A stretch of 61,319 nucleotides of DNA, filler included. It is 5 parts of 5 records of this genome, joined end to end, with 100 filler letters (N's around TTAATTAATTAA, not from the genome) between each part and the next. Parts side by side here need not be neighbours in the genome. Positions count along the whole stretch, not along the records: positions 1 to 26,825 come from SRR20825019_2854; 4 more parts are not named here. One strand, 5' to 3'. Shown piece after piece: positions 1 through 11,027 of the stretch. The stretch's first letter is position 1. Each line of letters starts with the position of its first letter. Both the position numbers and the translations under genes were made by a program. Under the pieces are notes generated by a model. It made no database searches and had not been told where the DNA came from. It worked only from the letters and a program-made list of their open reading frames with translations.

Positions 1-173
1 CCGATCTGCGGCCGGTCCTATTGGGGTGGGGAGCATCGTGCGCCGTCGTCAGTTGGCCGCCATCCGTCCTAAGAACGCCTTGCAACACGGCCATGAGTGA
101 ATTTCAGTGAAGTTAGTTTGTAGAACCCTTTTAGATATTCTGGCCTACGCATGACCAGTACCATCTCGACAAC

Positions 174-1304
174 ATGTCTTGGATGAAAGGCAAGGCGGCG
201 TTTGTATCAGGAGGAGGATCAGGTATTGTAGTGAGCCTCACAGCCACAGCAGGCCAAGCCCCGAGGAACTGACTCTCGGACGGTAGGACTTGGGGCTGTG
301 ACATGCGGCATGCTTGCGCAACGCGGGGTAAACGTTGTAGTTGCCGACGTGAACTTTAAGGGAGCTTCCGGCGTGGCATCGGAAATCAACAAGAAGGACG
401 GTGGGCGTGCCATCGCGGTAGACTGCAATGTGCTGGACTCGAAGAGTGAGAAGCCATACTCGGGCTGTGGGTTATATTCTTACTTTGCTGTGTGAAGGCT
501 TGGAGAATGCCATTCATCTTTGCCGTCAAAAGTTTGGTTCATTAGACATTGCTTTGAACGCGGCTGGGATCGGAGAGAAGTACGTTTCAGTAATCCCTTG
601 GTATTGCCCACAAACCTTCTAAAGATGATATGATGTGCAGTGGTCCCTATAGCTACCTTGAGCCGACAGGAAACTGGAGGGCGTGCCTTCGTATTGATCT
701 TGAGGCTTTGATGGAAGGTTAGTAGTTTATTCATGAGAAACACCTCTAGGTTCTGCAGTTGGACTGATGGACTTGAATCCTTCATCAGCAACCATCATAC
801 AGGTGAAGGAGATGAGGTTAAACAGTTCCCCTGGTGGTGTTATTGTCAACATCGCTTCTATGGGTAAGGCGATCCTCCTAAAAATATGGCGAGGCGTGAC
901 AATACGTTGTACCAGCCGGCTTCATTCCCATTGGAATGCAGCCTTCATACAGTGCAGCCAAGGCGGGGGTCATCATGTTCAGCAGATCACTGGAGTACCT
1001 ATCCTCCGAAGGTATTCGCGTAAACTGCATTTGTCCGTCATATACTGTCACGCCCATGGTCACATCCCAGGGTGAAGATGTATGTATCCTCATCCGTCCA
1101 CCCATATGCCGCTAACCCTTCCGACAGGTTATGAACATGATGAAAATGCAGGTGGGAGATCTCATGACGCCCGAGTTCGTGTGTGAGGGAATCATAGAGT
1201 TGATAGAGGATAAGGAGAAGACGAACGCCATCATGCGTGTGACCAACCAGAAGGGCAAGGAATATGTCAGGCAGAAGGTCGTTCCCATCTCGTCAAAGTT
1301 GTAA
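174..1304 (+). CDS. Short-chain dehydrogenase/reductase (15-hydroxyprostaglandin dehydrogenase-like), multi-exon, C-terminal SKL peroxisomal signal
   Basis: Spliced reading MSWMKGKAAFVSGGGS|GLG (GxxxGxG; intron 223-286 GT-AG), NAAGI, IVNIAS and catalytic YSAAK motifs; ends VPISSKL*. Confidence 0.85.
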
Positions 1305-1357
1305 ACTCCTCCATCACTGCGATTGCCACATCTGTTTCGATACTTTGTCACTTGTAC

Positions 1358-3334
1358 CTATGCTTTCTCAGATTGGATGGCACCGGCGTTCGCCTTGGCG
1401 ATGCCTTGGGATGCCGCGGCCCCTTTCACACCAGGTTCGTCCGCCTGTTCTATCGCTAGACTGCCTGTCAATGTGATTTGGTACTTCAGTGTGGGCGAGG
1501 CTGGACGCGACGCAGGGCGTGACTTCGGTTTTGGCCTCTTAATCTCAGGGGATTTTAGCACGTTGACCGAGTCATCGTCAATGATGACCTCTTTGACCGG
1601 CGACCCAGCCCGCGACGCCACTCGAGATTGTGCCCGAGAACCCACCTTTGACCCGCCCATAGACCTTGGAGTAGGAAGGACGCGGAGCTTACGTGGAGAC
1701 TGGGTATTGGATTCCTCGAGCGAGTTGAGTTTTGCAATCGCACCAGACACAACCTCTCCACTCAAAGGCGGCAGTGAGTCTGTTAAGGTCCGCGGAGGCA
1801 GAGATTTGTGGGGAGACACATCCTCTACTGTTCCAATTGTAACCGATCGAGGGCCTTCGTCAGCCAATGGAACCGGGGAGTGGGTGGGCTTCTCGCTTAA
1901 GGTTTTGTGCTCTGCCAATTCTTTAGCACTCGTTCCCTTTCCAGCTTCAGGAGACAATTGGAAGCCGGCAGAAGTAGATGGCGTTGCAGATGACTCGCGA
2001 AAACCAGGCACTTCGTCCACTAACCATTTCACCACTTTCGTATTTCTCTCTGATCTAGCATGATCCAAAGCAGTCCGCCCGTACACATCCACAGTAGCAG
2101 GGTTTGCCCCCCACTCCAACAAAAGTTTGCAAGTGTCAATCTTTCCATTCCTGGCGGCCCACATGAAAGGAGTTCTGCCCTCCTGCAATATGTATTGATT
2201 AGCCTATGCAGCAAGAATTGAAATGCTGGATGAACTTACGACATTGTTTCGATCGATGACAACATCCCCGCCATTCTCTAGCAATTTAGTCAGTACTCTC
2301 GAATGACCTCCCCTTGCCGCATATGCAACTGCAGTGAACCCAAGCTATAGATGTGGACGATTAAAAAAACGCGAAATTCGGTATGGCAAGCCAGACACAT
2401 ACAATATTGAGACATGTCACGTCGACAGCAAAATCGAGAAGATACACAACGACGTTGTATCGATTGTTCATGGCAGCACACATCAACGCATCATCCCATT
2501 GCTGTACATCCGTCAGATGCGCACGTCAACTTATGTCATCGCGTCCAACCGTACCTTGTTCTTGGCATGGATGTCCGCACCGTGTTCCACCAACACAGTC
2601 ACGACATCGTCTTTTCCATGCCGTGCGGCGCCGATTAAGGCCGTATCACCATCTTTATCACACATATCAATCTTTGCGCCTGCTGACAAAAGTGCTCGCA
2701 CAATATCTATATGGCCATCAAAGGACGCCCACATCAAAGGCGTTGCGCCAGACTAGAACAACTATTGAGCATAGGCATCAGAAAGGGAAATTGAAGGACT
2801 TCTTACCGAGTCATCCACGTAGTCAGGAGATACTCCCTGTAGCAACAGATGTTTCACTTGTGTGGTCTTCCCTCCAATGACATATTTGAAGAGATTCTTT
2901 TGCATCGTTGTGACTGCTGGAACCTGAAGGCCATTGTAAGAACTATCAATAACATATTAAACACGTTCTCACATCAGGTCGTTCAGGTGAGGGCGTGAGG
3001 CGAATGGGCACCGATGCTGGAGATGTTTGTTGCTTGGCGGCATTTCTGTTAGGGACCAAACTAGGAAACGATGACAACTGCTCTGTTTGCATCGGTTTGA
3101 TGGATGAGAGCCCGCGCAAGGTCGTTCCACTTGGCTCTGGGCTCCCGCCGCCAACCAAGCCGGGGGAACCTTCACACCAAGAAGTTTAAGGCAGAGTAAC
3201 AGTCAAGAGAGTAAACACTTACGCAAGCCCCGAAGTTCAGGAGACGCACTGTTGATGCTCACGAGACTTCCCTGACTAGCCTTTCGAGCATCCGCCGCCC
3301 TCTCACGAAGCATCTTGGCTTGGAAGCCTGACAT
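1358..3334 (-). CDS. Ankyrin-repeat protein with low-complexity termini, multi-exon
   Basis: Ankyrin motifs MWASFDGHIDIV, GDTALIGAARHG, GRTPFMWAARNG, GRTALDHA in successive exons separated by GT-AG introns. Confidence 0.8.
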
Positions 3335-4307
3335 GGCAGGACCCAGCTACTCCTTCACAAGATACTCCTGAAACTACCATCCATTCCTAATAAATGAATG
3401 TGCTTGACGGACTTGTTTGTGGCGCCGGGGCCTCAGTCTTCCTTCAGGGTCGGCCACACTAGCGACACGTCCGGGTCGGGCCGGGGGGGGCCGTGGCATC
3501 CGCAAACTGGACGCAACCACGGTTAGGGTTGGGCTTGCAAGCCACGCCGCACCTTCGGGGTCGTGCCGGGTGCCGCGGCGGTTAGCCACAACGTGGCACC
3601 GCTGAGCGGCCACCTATGTTCTCGCCTGCCCAACGGTGCGGCTGCGCGGCGGCCGGCGCGGGCTCAGCCGGCCCGCGATCCCCCTGGCTGACAAGGCCGG
3701 CGGCGCGCCCGGCGGCCCCCCGGAAGCGGGGTCAGTCCGATCCGTCCGCGGTCCGGTCGTCCCAGCACGAACGTAAGTAAAGCGGCCGGGTGTCCGGTCG
3801 CCAGCGGCGACCGGCCCGGGCCGGCCCGGCGGGGCCCCGCGCGCGCGCGTCGCCCCCGCGGCCCCGGCGCCGCCGCCGGCGGCACGGCCATTCGAGTTTT
3901 GATTGTCTCTATATGATTCATCGAATCCTGAACCGAAACTTTATAACCCAACTCATCGGAAACTATGATTCCACAAAATAACTGTCACCGGCAGCGGGTG
4001 ACCGGTCTGGGCGACTGACTGATGAGTGGTTCACGGACTGACAGTCTCAACCTGATGAGGCCATTCCCCGGACTGGGCCTCCCACTGAGCCTGGCAGGGC
4101 TGGAGAACGCGCTGCAGACCGGGCGCTCCATCAGAACAGGCTTCGGCGCACCACGGGTTCCTTCCCGCGCCCCCGTGACCCATTTCTTGTCTTGACTCGG
4201 GGTACGCGCCTACCGTCCCACTAGCTAAGCACTAATCAAGTGTATAATGATACTCGAGTTTCCCGAGTCTTCAATTTTTGGGGCCAGTTCGTCCAGACCT
4301 GGCGAAT

Positions 4308-7050
4308 ATGACCAATGCTGACGAGTGGTGCGAGCTTCCGATTGTACATGATGAACTCTTTCGTGCCGAGTTTGGATCTCGTCTTAGCGACACTGTGTAC
4401 CTAGATTCCACCGGAGCTGCAATATACCCTAACTCTATCCTTGAAGACACAATGAAGGACTTGAGCAAAACCCTCTACGGAAATCCTCATAGCCGAAACT
4501 CCGCCGGCGATGCCACATCAAATATCGTTCGTGACGCTAGGGAGCAGCTTCTGTCATATTTTGGTACCAGTGAAGATTCACACACGGTCATATTCACTGC
4601 AGGAGCAACCGCAGGCCTCAAACTTGTTGGTATGATTATATATTCTGTGTATTTTTTTGTGCTCTTCTTGTATCTAACACGACTCAGGCGAGTGCTTTCC
4701 ATGGTCACAGTCCTCTGTGTACACGTATCTTGAGGAGAATCACAACTCAATCTTGGGTATCAGAAAGCTTGCTGAACAGGGGAATGCAACTATCAAGCCG
4801 GTATCAGTGGAGAGGGTTGAGGAAGCACTATCCTCGCCATGTGATGACATCACCACGCTGTTTGCATTCCCTGGCGAATGTAATTTCTCGGGGCAAGTGT
4901 ATCCTCTTGAGTGGATCCGTATGGCCAAAGCCAAAGGTTGGCGAGTGTGCCTGGACGCGGCCTGCCTGGCATCTAACTCCCCGTTGAACCTGACCGAGGT
5001 TCCTGCGGATTTTTGCGTTGTGTCCTTTTACAAAATGTTTGGGTATCCCACGGGTCTAGGCGCGTTGCTTGTTCGCAAGGATGCCGTTTCAATTTTGGAG
5101 AAAAAGTACTTTGGCGGTGGGACAGTTCTGATGTCCACTGCGCGGACTGGGAAGCACGTGCTTCGAAGTGAACCAGAGGCAAGATTTGAGGATGGCACAG
5201 TCAATTATTTGTCAATTGCTGCTATAAGGCATGGGTTGAAGTTCCTGCAGGCTCAGGGAGGGATCGCGCACGTGAACAAGTACCTAATGCAATTGACGAG
5301 ATGGACATATGAGAAAATGAGTTCACTGCACCATTTCAACGGCACACCTGTGTGTCAGGTTTACGGGGGTCACGCCGGCGCCAGTGAGCGTGAGGGTTAT
5401 CGCCAAGGCCCCATAATTGCATTCAATGTACTTCGGTCGAGTGGGGCCTACGTGGGATACTATGAAGTAGATCAGATGGCTCAGCTTCAAGGGATTCACT
5501 TGCGAGTGGGCTGCCACTGCAATCCTGGTGGGTGAGGTGAAATCTTTCACAAGATAATGCTGACCGTTTTCGTAGGTGCGTGTCAGAACAGTCTAGGTTT
5601 GAGTGATGGTGATGTGGAGAAGAATTATGAAGCTGGGCATGTGTGTTGGGATAATCACGATCTAATGGATGGAAGACCCACAGGCTGCGTGAGGTGAGGA
5701 ATTTTATGAAAGAGTCTAGGGCATTGAGTTGAATAGTAAGAACAGGATTTCATTTGGCTACCATTCTCGAAAACAAGATGCCGAGGCATTCATTCAATTC
5801 TTGTCAACTTATTTTGTTGACTTGGAGCCCACAGAGGCGTGGAGTCAAAAAGTCGAAGCCAATAGAGAGGAAGTAGTGTTAACGAGTGGATCCGATGCGG
5901 ATAATACGGTCATCGAAAAGTTGTTCGTGTATCCCATCAAATCATGTGCAGCCGTGGAGGTATCCGACTGGGAGGTCGGTGAGGATGGGCTGAAATATGA
6001 CCGGGAGTGGGTCCTCGTGGACCCGTCTGGCTCATATCTTAATCAAAAGAAGGTTAGGTTTTGTAGGGATTGCACAATCGTTTCTGATGTGATGATAGGA
6101 ACCCATGCTGTCCTTGATAAAGCCAGCTCTGAACCTTGAAGATCATGTCAGTTCCCTCAGCACATTCTCGTTTTGATTGCTAATGCGTGCATGCCAGATT
6201 TTGGAAGTGTCCGCTCCCGGCATGGATACACTAAGAATTCCCATGGAGAGCACGACGGAGTACATGAGGGAATGCCAGGTTTGCGAAGACAAGTACGCGA
6301 AATGTTGCTTGCAATGGGTGTGCTCATGCTGAAATGTCGCTCCAGATGTGACGGCTATTCGTATTCTGCTGCCACCAATGATTGGTTTTCCCAATTTCTC
6401 AAGCGCAAGTGTGCCCTCATTCGAAAGGTTAGAATTTTCGCGTATCTATCCTTATGGTCTTCTCAGACAACCTACCACACAGAGTAATAGAAGAAACCAA
6501 AATAATGAAGAAAAAAAGATGGCCTTTGCCAACGAAGGACAATTCCTTCTGGTGAATCAATCTAGCCTGAACGAGCTCAACGGTCGGCTAGGGGAAAAGG
6601 TACGGATGAGATGTTAAAGCATTTGGCGAATGCAGTGCGAATGCAGTGCATCTAAATGATTATGCCAGGGCGGAAAAAGTGTTCCTATTGGTCGGTTTCG
6701 CCCGAATATCGTAATCCGTGGGTCGAATGTAGCAGCGTTTGCCGAAGACAGCTGGAAGTCCGTGACTCTAGGAGATGGCAAACATTTTGGAGTGGACCAG
6801 CCTTGCGCGCGCTGTGCCATGATATGTATCGACCAAGTGACAGCAGCGCGAACTAATGAGCCTCTTCGAACTTTGGCGTCCTATCGGAGGCAAAAGGTAG
6901 CGGTGCCATTTTTTTGCGCATTTCCACTAGTTCTAATTATAGTAACAGGGCAAGGTTTTGTTTGGTATTCTCCTTAGTCATTCACCGGATGGTAGATTCA
7001 GTACCTTTAGTTTGCGTACAGGGGACCTGGTCAAGCCAAGTAGTCGTTGA
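4308..7050 (+). CDS. MOCOS: Molybdenum cofactor sulfurase (NifS-like PLP domain + MOSC domain), multi-exon
   Basis: VYLDSTGA, YGNPHS, VSFYKMFGYPTGLG, LRVGCHCNPG, VYPIKSC, YDREWVLV, FANEGQFLL, CARCAMICIDQ are characteristic of MOCOS/ABA3. Confidence 0.95.
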
Positions 7051-7106
7051 TTGGGGCCAATACGGATGGCAGTGATAACTATCCAACGGGGAAGTATTTT
7101 GATGTG

Positions 7107-8561
7107 TCATTGCTGCCTGATATATTCAGGCTTGGCAGGCCGATGGATGGCGTCACACATATCTGCAAACTGCTTCATCTCCAAGACATCATGTACTCTA
7201 ATGATATCCGCCCCCTGAGCAATTGATGTCCCGTATGTCGCGGCGGTTCTAACGATCCGTTAGTAAACGTTGTGTAGAAGCAGACAACAGCTCACCCCAT
7301 GATCCGTGAGGCTTTGTCTGTAACCCGTGTAATGGTGCCGATAAATCCTTTGCGAGAAGATCCTACAAGAATGGGGCACTGGTGAACTGAAAAGCTGTCA
7401 ATGTGCCTCAATATTTCCAGGTTGTGTCTGCACAATCTCGTCAGAAACTCTGAATTATCCATGGAGTTTGGCCTACCTCATTTCTTTCCCAAATCCGATG
7501 CCCGGATCCACCATAATATTCCACCTAGGGATTCCAGTCGCCATGGCCGCAGCAACACGCTCTTCCAAAAACCGGTTAATGGCGCCAACAGCATCATCAT
7601 TAGGGTAAGATATGTTATTCTGCATAGTAGCAGTATCGGTTCCGTAGAAATGCATAAGGCATATGGGAACCTCAAGCTCAAACGCCGTTCGAAGCATATT
7701 TGGATCAAACGTAGCCCCGCTAATGTCATTAATGAAACTAGCTCCCGCCTCAATGGCAGCACGAGCTACTTCTGACTTGGTTGTATCAATTGATATAGGC
7801 ACTTCAACACCTTCCGCCCGTAGGCGCTGTATCAAAGGGACGGTCCTTGCAATTTCCTCGTCGACGGTAACCGGTACGGAACCAGGCCTCGTTGACTCGC
7901 CACCAATGTCAATGACTTCGGCTCCCTCCTTTACCATCTCGAGCGCTCGGCTGGCCCCTCTACTAAGGTCATTATGTAGTCCGCCGTCACTGAATGAGTC
8001 GGGCGTTGCGTTCAAAATACCCATAATCACTGTTGAGTCGTTAATTTTCCGTAACGACTTCGCTCCCCTTCCCAAACTGTACACACTCCGAAGCTGCGGA
8101 GACGGAAGGCTTTCCAACAGGGATTTGCACTCCAACTTTTTCACCGGGTGATACCATTCGGGAGCAATGTCACACAGCGGCTGCATGACAAATCTCCTTG
8201 TGTGACAGGCCTCGTGCGGGATCGTCAGATTCTCTGAGGAGAACTCGACATTATCATAGAAAATTATGTCAAGGTCTATACATCTAGGACCATTTCTAAT
8301 CGTTGAGAAATCTCTTCCCATTTGTTTCTCAATTGATTTCAAGTCCTCCAATAGTCCTTCTGCGCTCCTGCTCGTAGTTCCAACGATGACAGTATTCAGA
8401 AAAGCTGGCTGATCTTCAACATACTCCGGTGCACTTTCGTACAACCTTGCAGTTTTTTTGAGTGTTAAGCCTTTGTCAACCATGCAGCGTAACGCTTTCG
8501 TGATATTATATTCCCGGCAGCCAATGTTGCTCCCGAGTGCAACAACTACATTGCGTGCCAT
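7107..8561 (-). CDS. Bifunctional HPPK-dihydropteroate synthase (FolK-FolP fusion)
   Basis: ALGSNIG, NGPRCIDLDI (HPPK); MGILNATPDSFSDGG, DIGGESTRPG, DPGIGFGK, IIRVHDV (DHPS); short introns only near the 3' end. Confidence 0.95.
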
Positions 8562-9860
8562 CGACACTATCCTACTACTAGCATGACTCAGTAAGCGGTC
8601 ATATCTGAAGAGTTCCTACCGATATGGGATGACGACTGTTTGAGAGTCCGGGCGCTGCTATCAATCACCCACGGGCAGGAGTCGCGTCTGTCAGCGGCGG
8701 TTGGCACCGGCGTCCGCCCGGCGCGGCCGGGCGGCCCCGGTCCTCCGGAGATGCAATCCGGGTCCGGCTGCCGGTCCACGGAGGCGACGGGCAGGGCCGG
8801 GCCGGGCCGGAGCAGCCGGCCGGCAGGCGGCGGATACGGAGAATGGGAGCCGCCCTTTCCGTCGCCTAGGGTCAGCCATGCCCCTGGGCCCGCGACCGTC
8901 CGGTGGGCCGCGCGAGCGGCGTCACCCGTGGAGGCCAGGCGGTCCGGCGGGTGCCGCTGCCGGACGGCCACTGGCAGGCACCGCCGGGCCGGGGCCCAGC
9001 CGGCCTGCGCCAATGCTTCAAGTCCGGCGGGGGAGTGGGCGCGCCCCCGCGGACCGGACCGACCACCCCCGACGCGCGCTGGAGGGGCGGGCGGTCCCGG
9101 GCGTCGAGTACTCGAGTGCGGCGGCGGCGGCCCACCGGCACGGGGGGCCGGCGCGGCCGGCGTGGCGCCGCCGCGGGGCACGAGTATATTTGTTTCGGGT
9201 TCGATCATGAAAGGCACTTCTAATCTCATATTAATCTGCCCTTGTGATAATGTAGCGGGTCACGGGTGGACCGTGAGGATAAGGGAGCGTGATTGACACC
9301 GTACGGCCGAATGCCGGGGTGAGATTCCGTTGCCCCTGGCCTGCTGCGAGTGAGTGGTGACCCGCCGATCAGCAGCCTGATCACGGACCGGACAACAAGT
9401 GCCAAACCGGTGAAAGCCCGGCCTGACGGTGGCCCGTGGCGGGGCTATTGATCGTGGAGGACTGGACTCGCGAAACTTCGGTATCGGCGGGTCGCGAGCT
9501 CGTCCCCGCTATCGGGCCGCCAGGGTGACCCGCCCACAATCAGCGAAGCCGGGGCGAGACAGCCCAGCCTGTGACTCTGCAAGGCAAGCGTAGTACCGTG
9601 TGTCATCACTGCCGGACGCACCTTATTAGGCTACTCCCTCACTTGGTCACAGCGTCGTCTGATTACCAGCTAGCTCCTCCCTTCTCAAGACCCGGGTATC
9701 CGCTAGCGGCGTGGTTTTGATGAGACTCATGCAGCACAACAGGTACAGGACCGGGTGTGGCGTAGGTACGCAGCAGAGGTCACCGTTGGCTGAGACAGCG
9801 TGATATATAGATATGGGACAGTGAGAATGAGTCAGTGTAAAAACCAGGGCGCGCGCAGCC

Positions 9861-10945
9861 ATGGCGGACATGAACACGTTGGGTGTCTTTAAGGCTAGCA
9901 GCCTTATCACAGTGGGTGACGAGTATGTCAAGAAGGGATCCGTTGATCCGAGGACAAGGGGTCGCCAGCTCACCACCTCTCCCTCAAAGCGTGGGAGGCT
10001 TTCAGATGCTTACTTTGACAAGAGTTTCAGGTAGGCGATACTTGAAATGAGATGGTTGCCGGGTTACTGATCGAGGTGCAGACGTTTGTTTGACGGAGAG
10101 AAACACATTGAAGGGGATGCTCATGCTAGGAGGGAAGCAATTGAGAGCCGGAAAAAGAACTTACACTCGGCGCCTTTTCGGCCGTCCTCGCCTCCGCAGA
10201 AGTCTCAGGGACTTGGAAGCCCGTATGGTCAAATTGGAAAGCAGTTTCCGCACATGAAGGAGCACGACGCCACAGCAGGTATGTGAGTGTCACAGTGCTG
10301 GTGGATATGCACTGACATATATGGACTAAGGGGCAAAGCCAAGGACGCACCTTGCTCCTAGGCAAATACAAACGAGCCCGGCTAAAAGAGGCGGATACGG
10401 AGTACCAAATGTCACTCTGGGCAAGGAGCCCCCCTATATGACGGACCCTTATGATGCAGTGAAGCGGAAGGAACATGAAGAAAGGCAGGCTCACATGAAA
10501 AATGTACACGTAAGTGTTTTCGGGCATTGACCCCTGTTGTGATGACTCATCTGGGCCGCAGAATGCACCATTCAGGGCGATGAGCCCATGCAGAAAACAT
10601 CAACTTGACTTGGATCAGAAAGTATATGATGACGCAGGAGAAACAAAGTTCCCCAACCGTCCCAAGAGTGAAAGCAGGAAGGGTGTAGACAGGGCGTTCA
10701 GGCCTAGCAGCCCGAGCAAGGTATGGTCCATATTCTTGATATTAGCAGAGGGGTTTGACACTGCTGTGCAGACGGGTTACAATGGCTGCTTCGCCCCCTT
10801 CCCGGAGTACAAATTTGATCCTTATGACGAGCGTATTAAGCGTGAACGTGAAGCAAAGATGAAAGCTCGCGCTCCGACTGTATTCAAGCCAACATCTGGT
10901 CCAAAGTCTGTGCCAGTGAAGTCGATTGCCTTTGGTACTCTGTAA
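9861..10945 (+). CDS. CFAP96/C4orf47-like (DUF4586) cilia-associated protein, multi-exon
   Basis: MADMNTLGVFKASSLITVGDEY...DAYFDK.F.RLFDGE, PFRPSSP repeats, FPEYKFDPY, VFKPTSGPKSVPVKSI resemble the family. Confidence 0.75.
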
Positions 10946-11027
10946 ATATCCGCCGTTGTTAATCTAAAATCTACTATATTTTTGTTATGTTGATGGAGGG
11001 AGCCCAGCTGGTGCATCTCGTCACCAG

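Noticed and set aside
4019-4080. Two CTGATGAG motifs resembling a hammerhead ribozyme core
   Set aside because: No GAAA after stem II and no stems I/III
8588-9296. Long overlapping Pro/Gly/Arg/Ala ORFs in GC blocks (also about 3400-3950, 20230-20830, 41550-42090, 52040-52470)
   Set aside because: Stop-codon scarcity at extreme GC; several frames are open and there are no domain motifs
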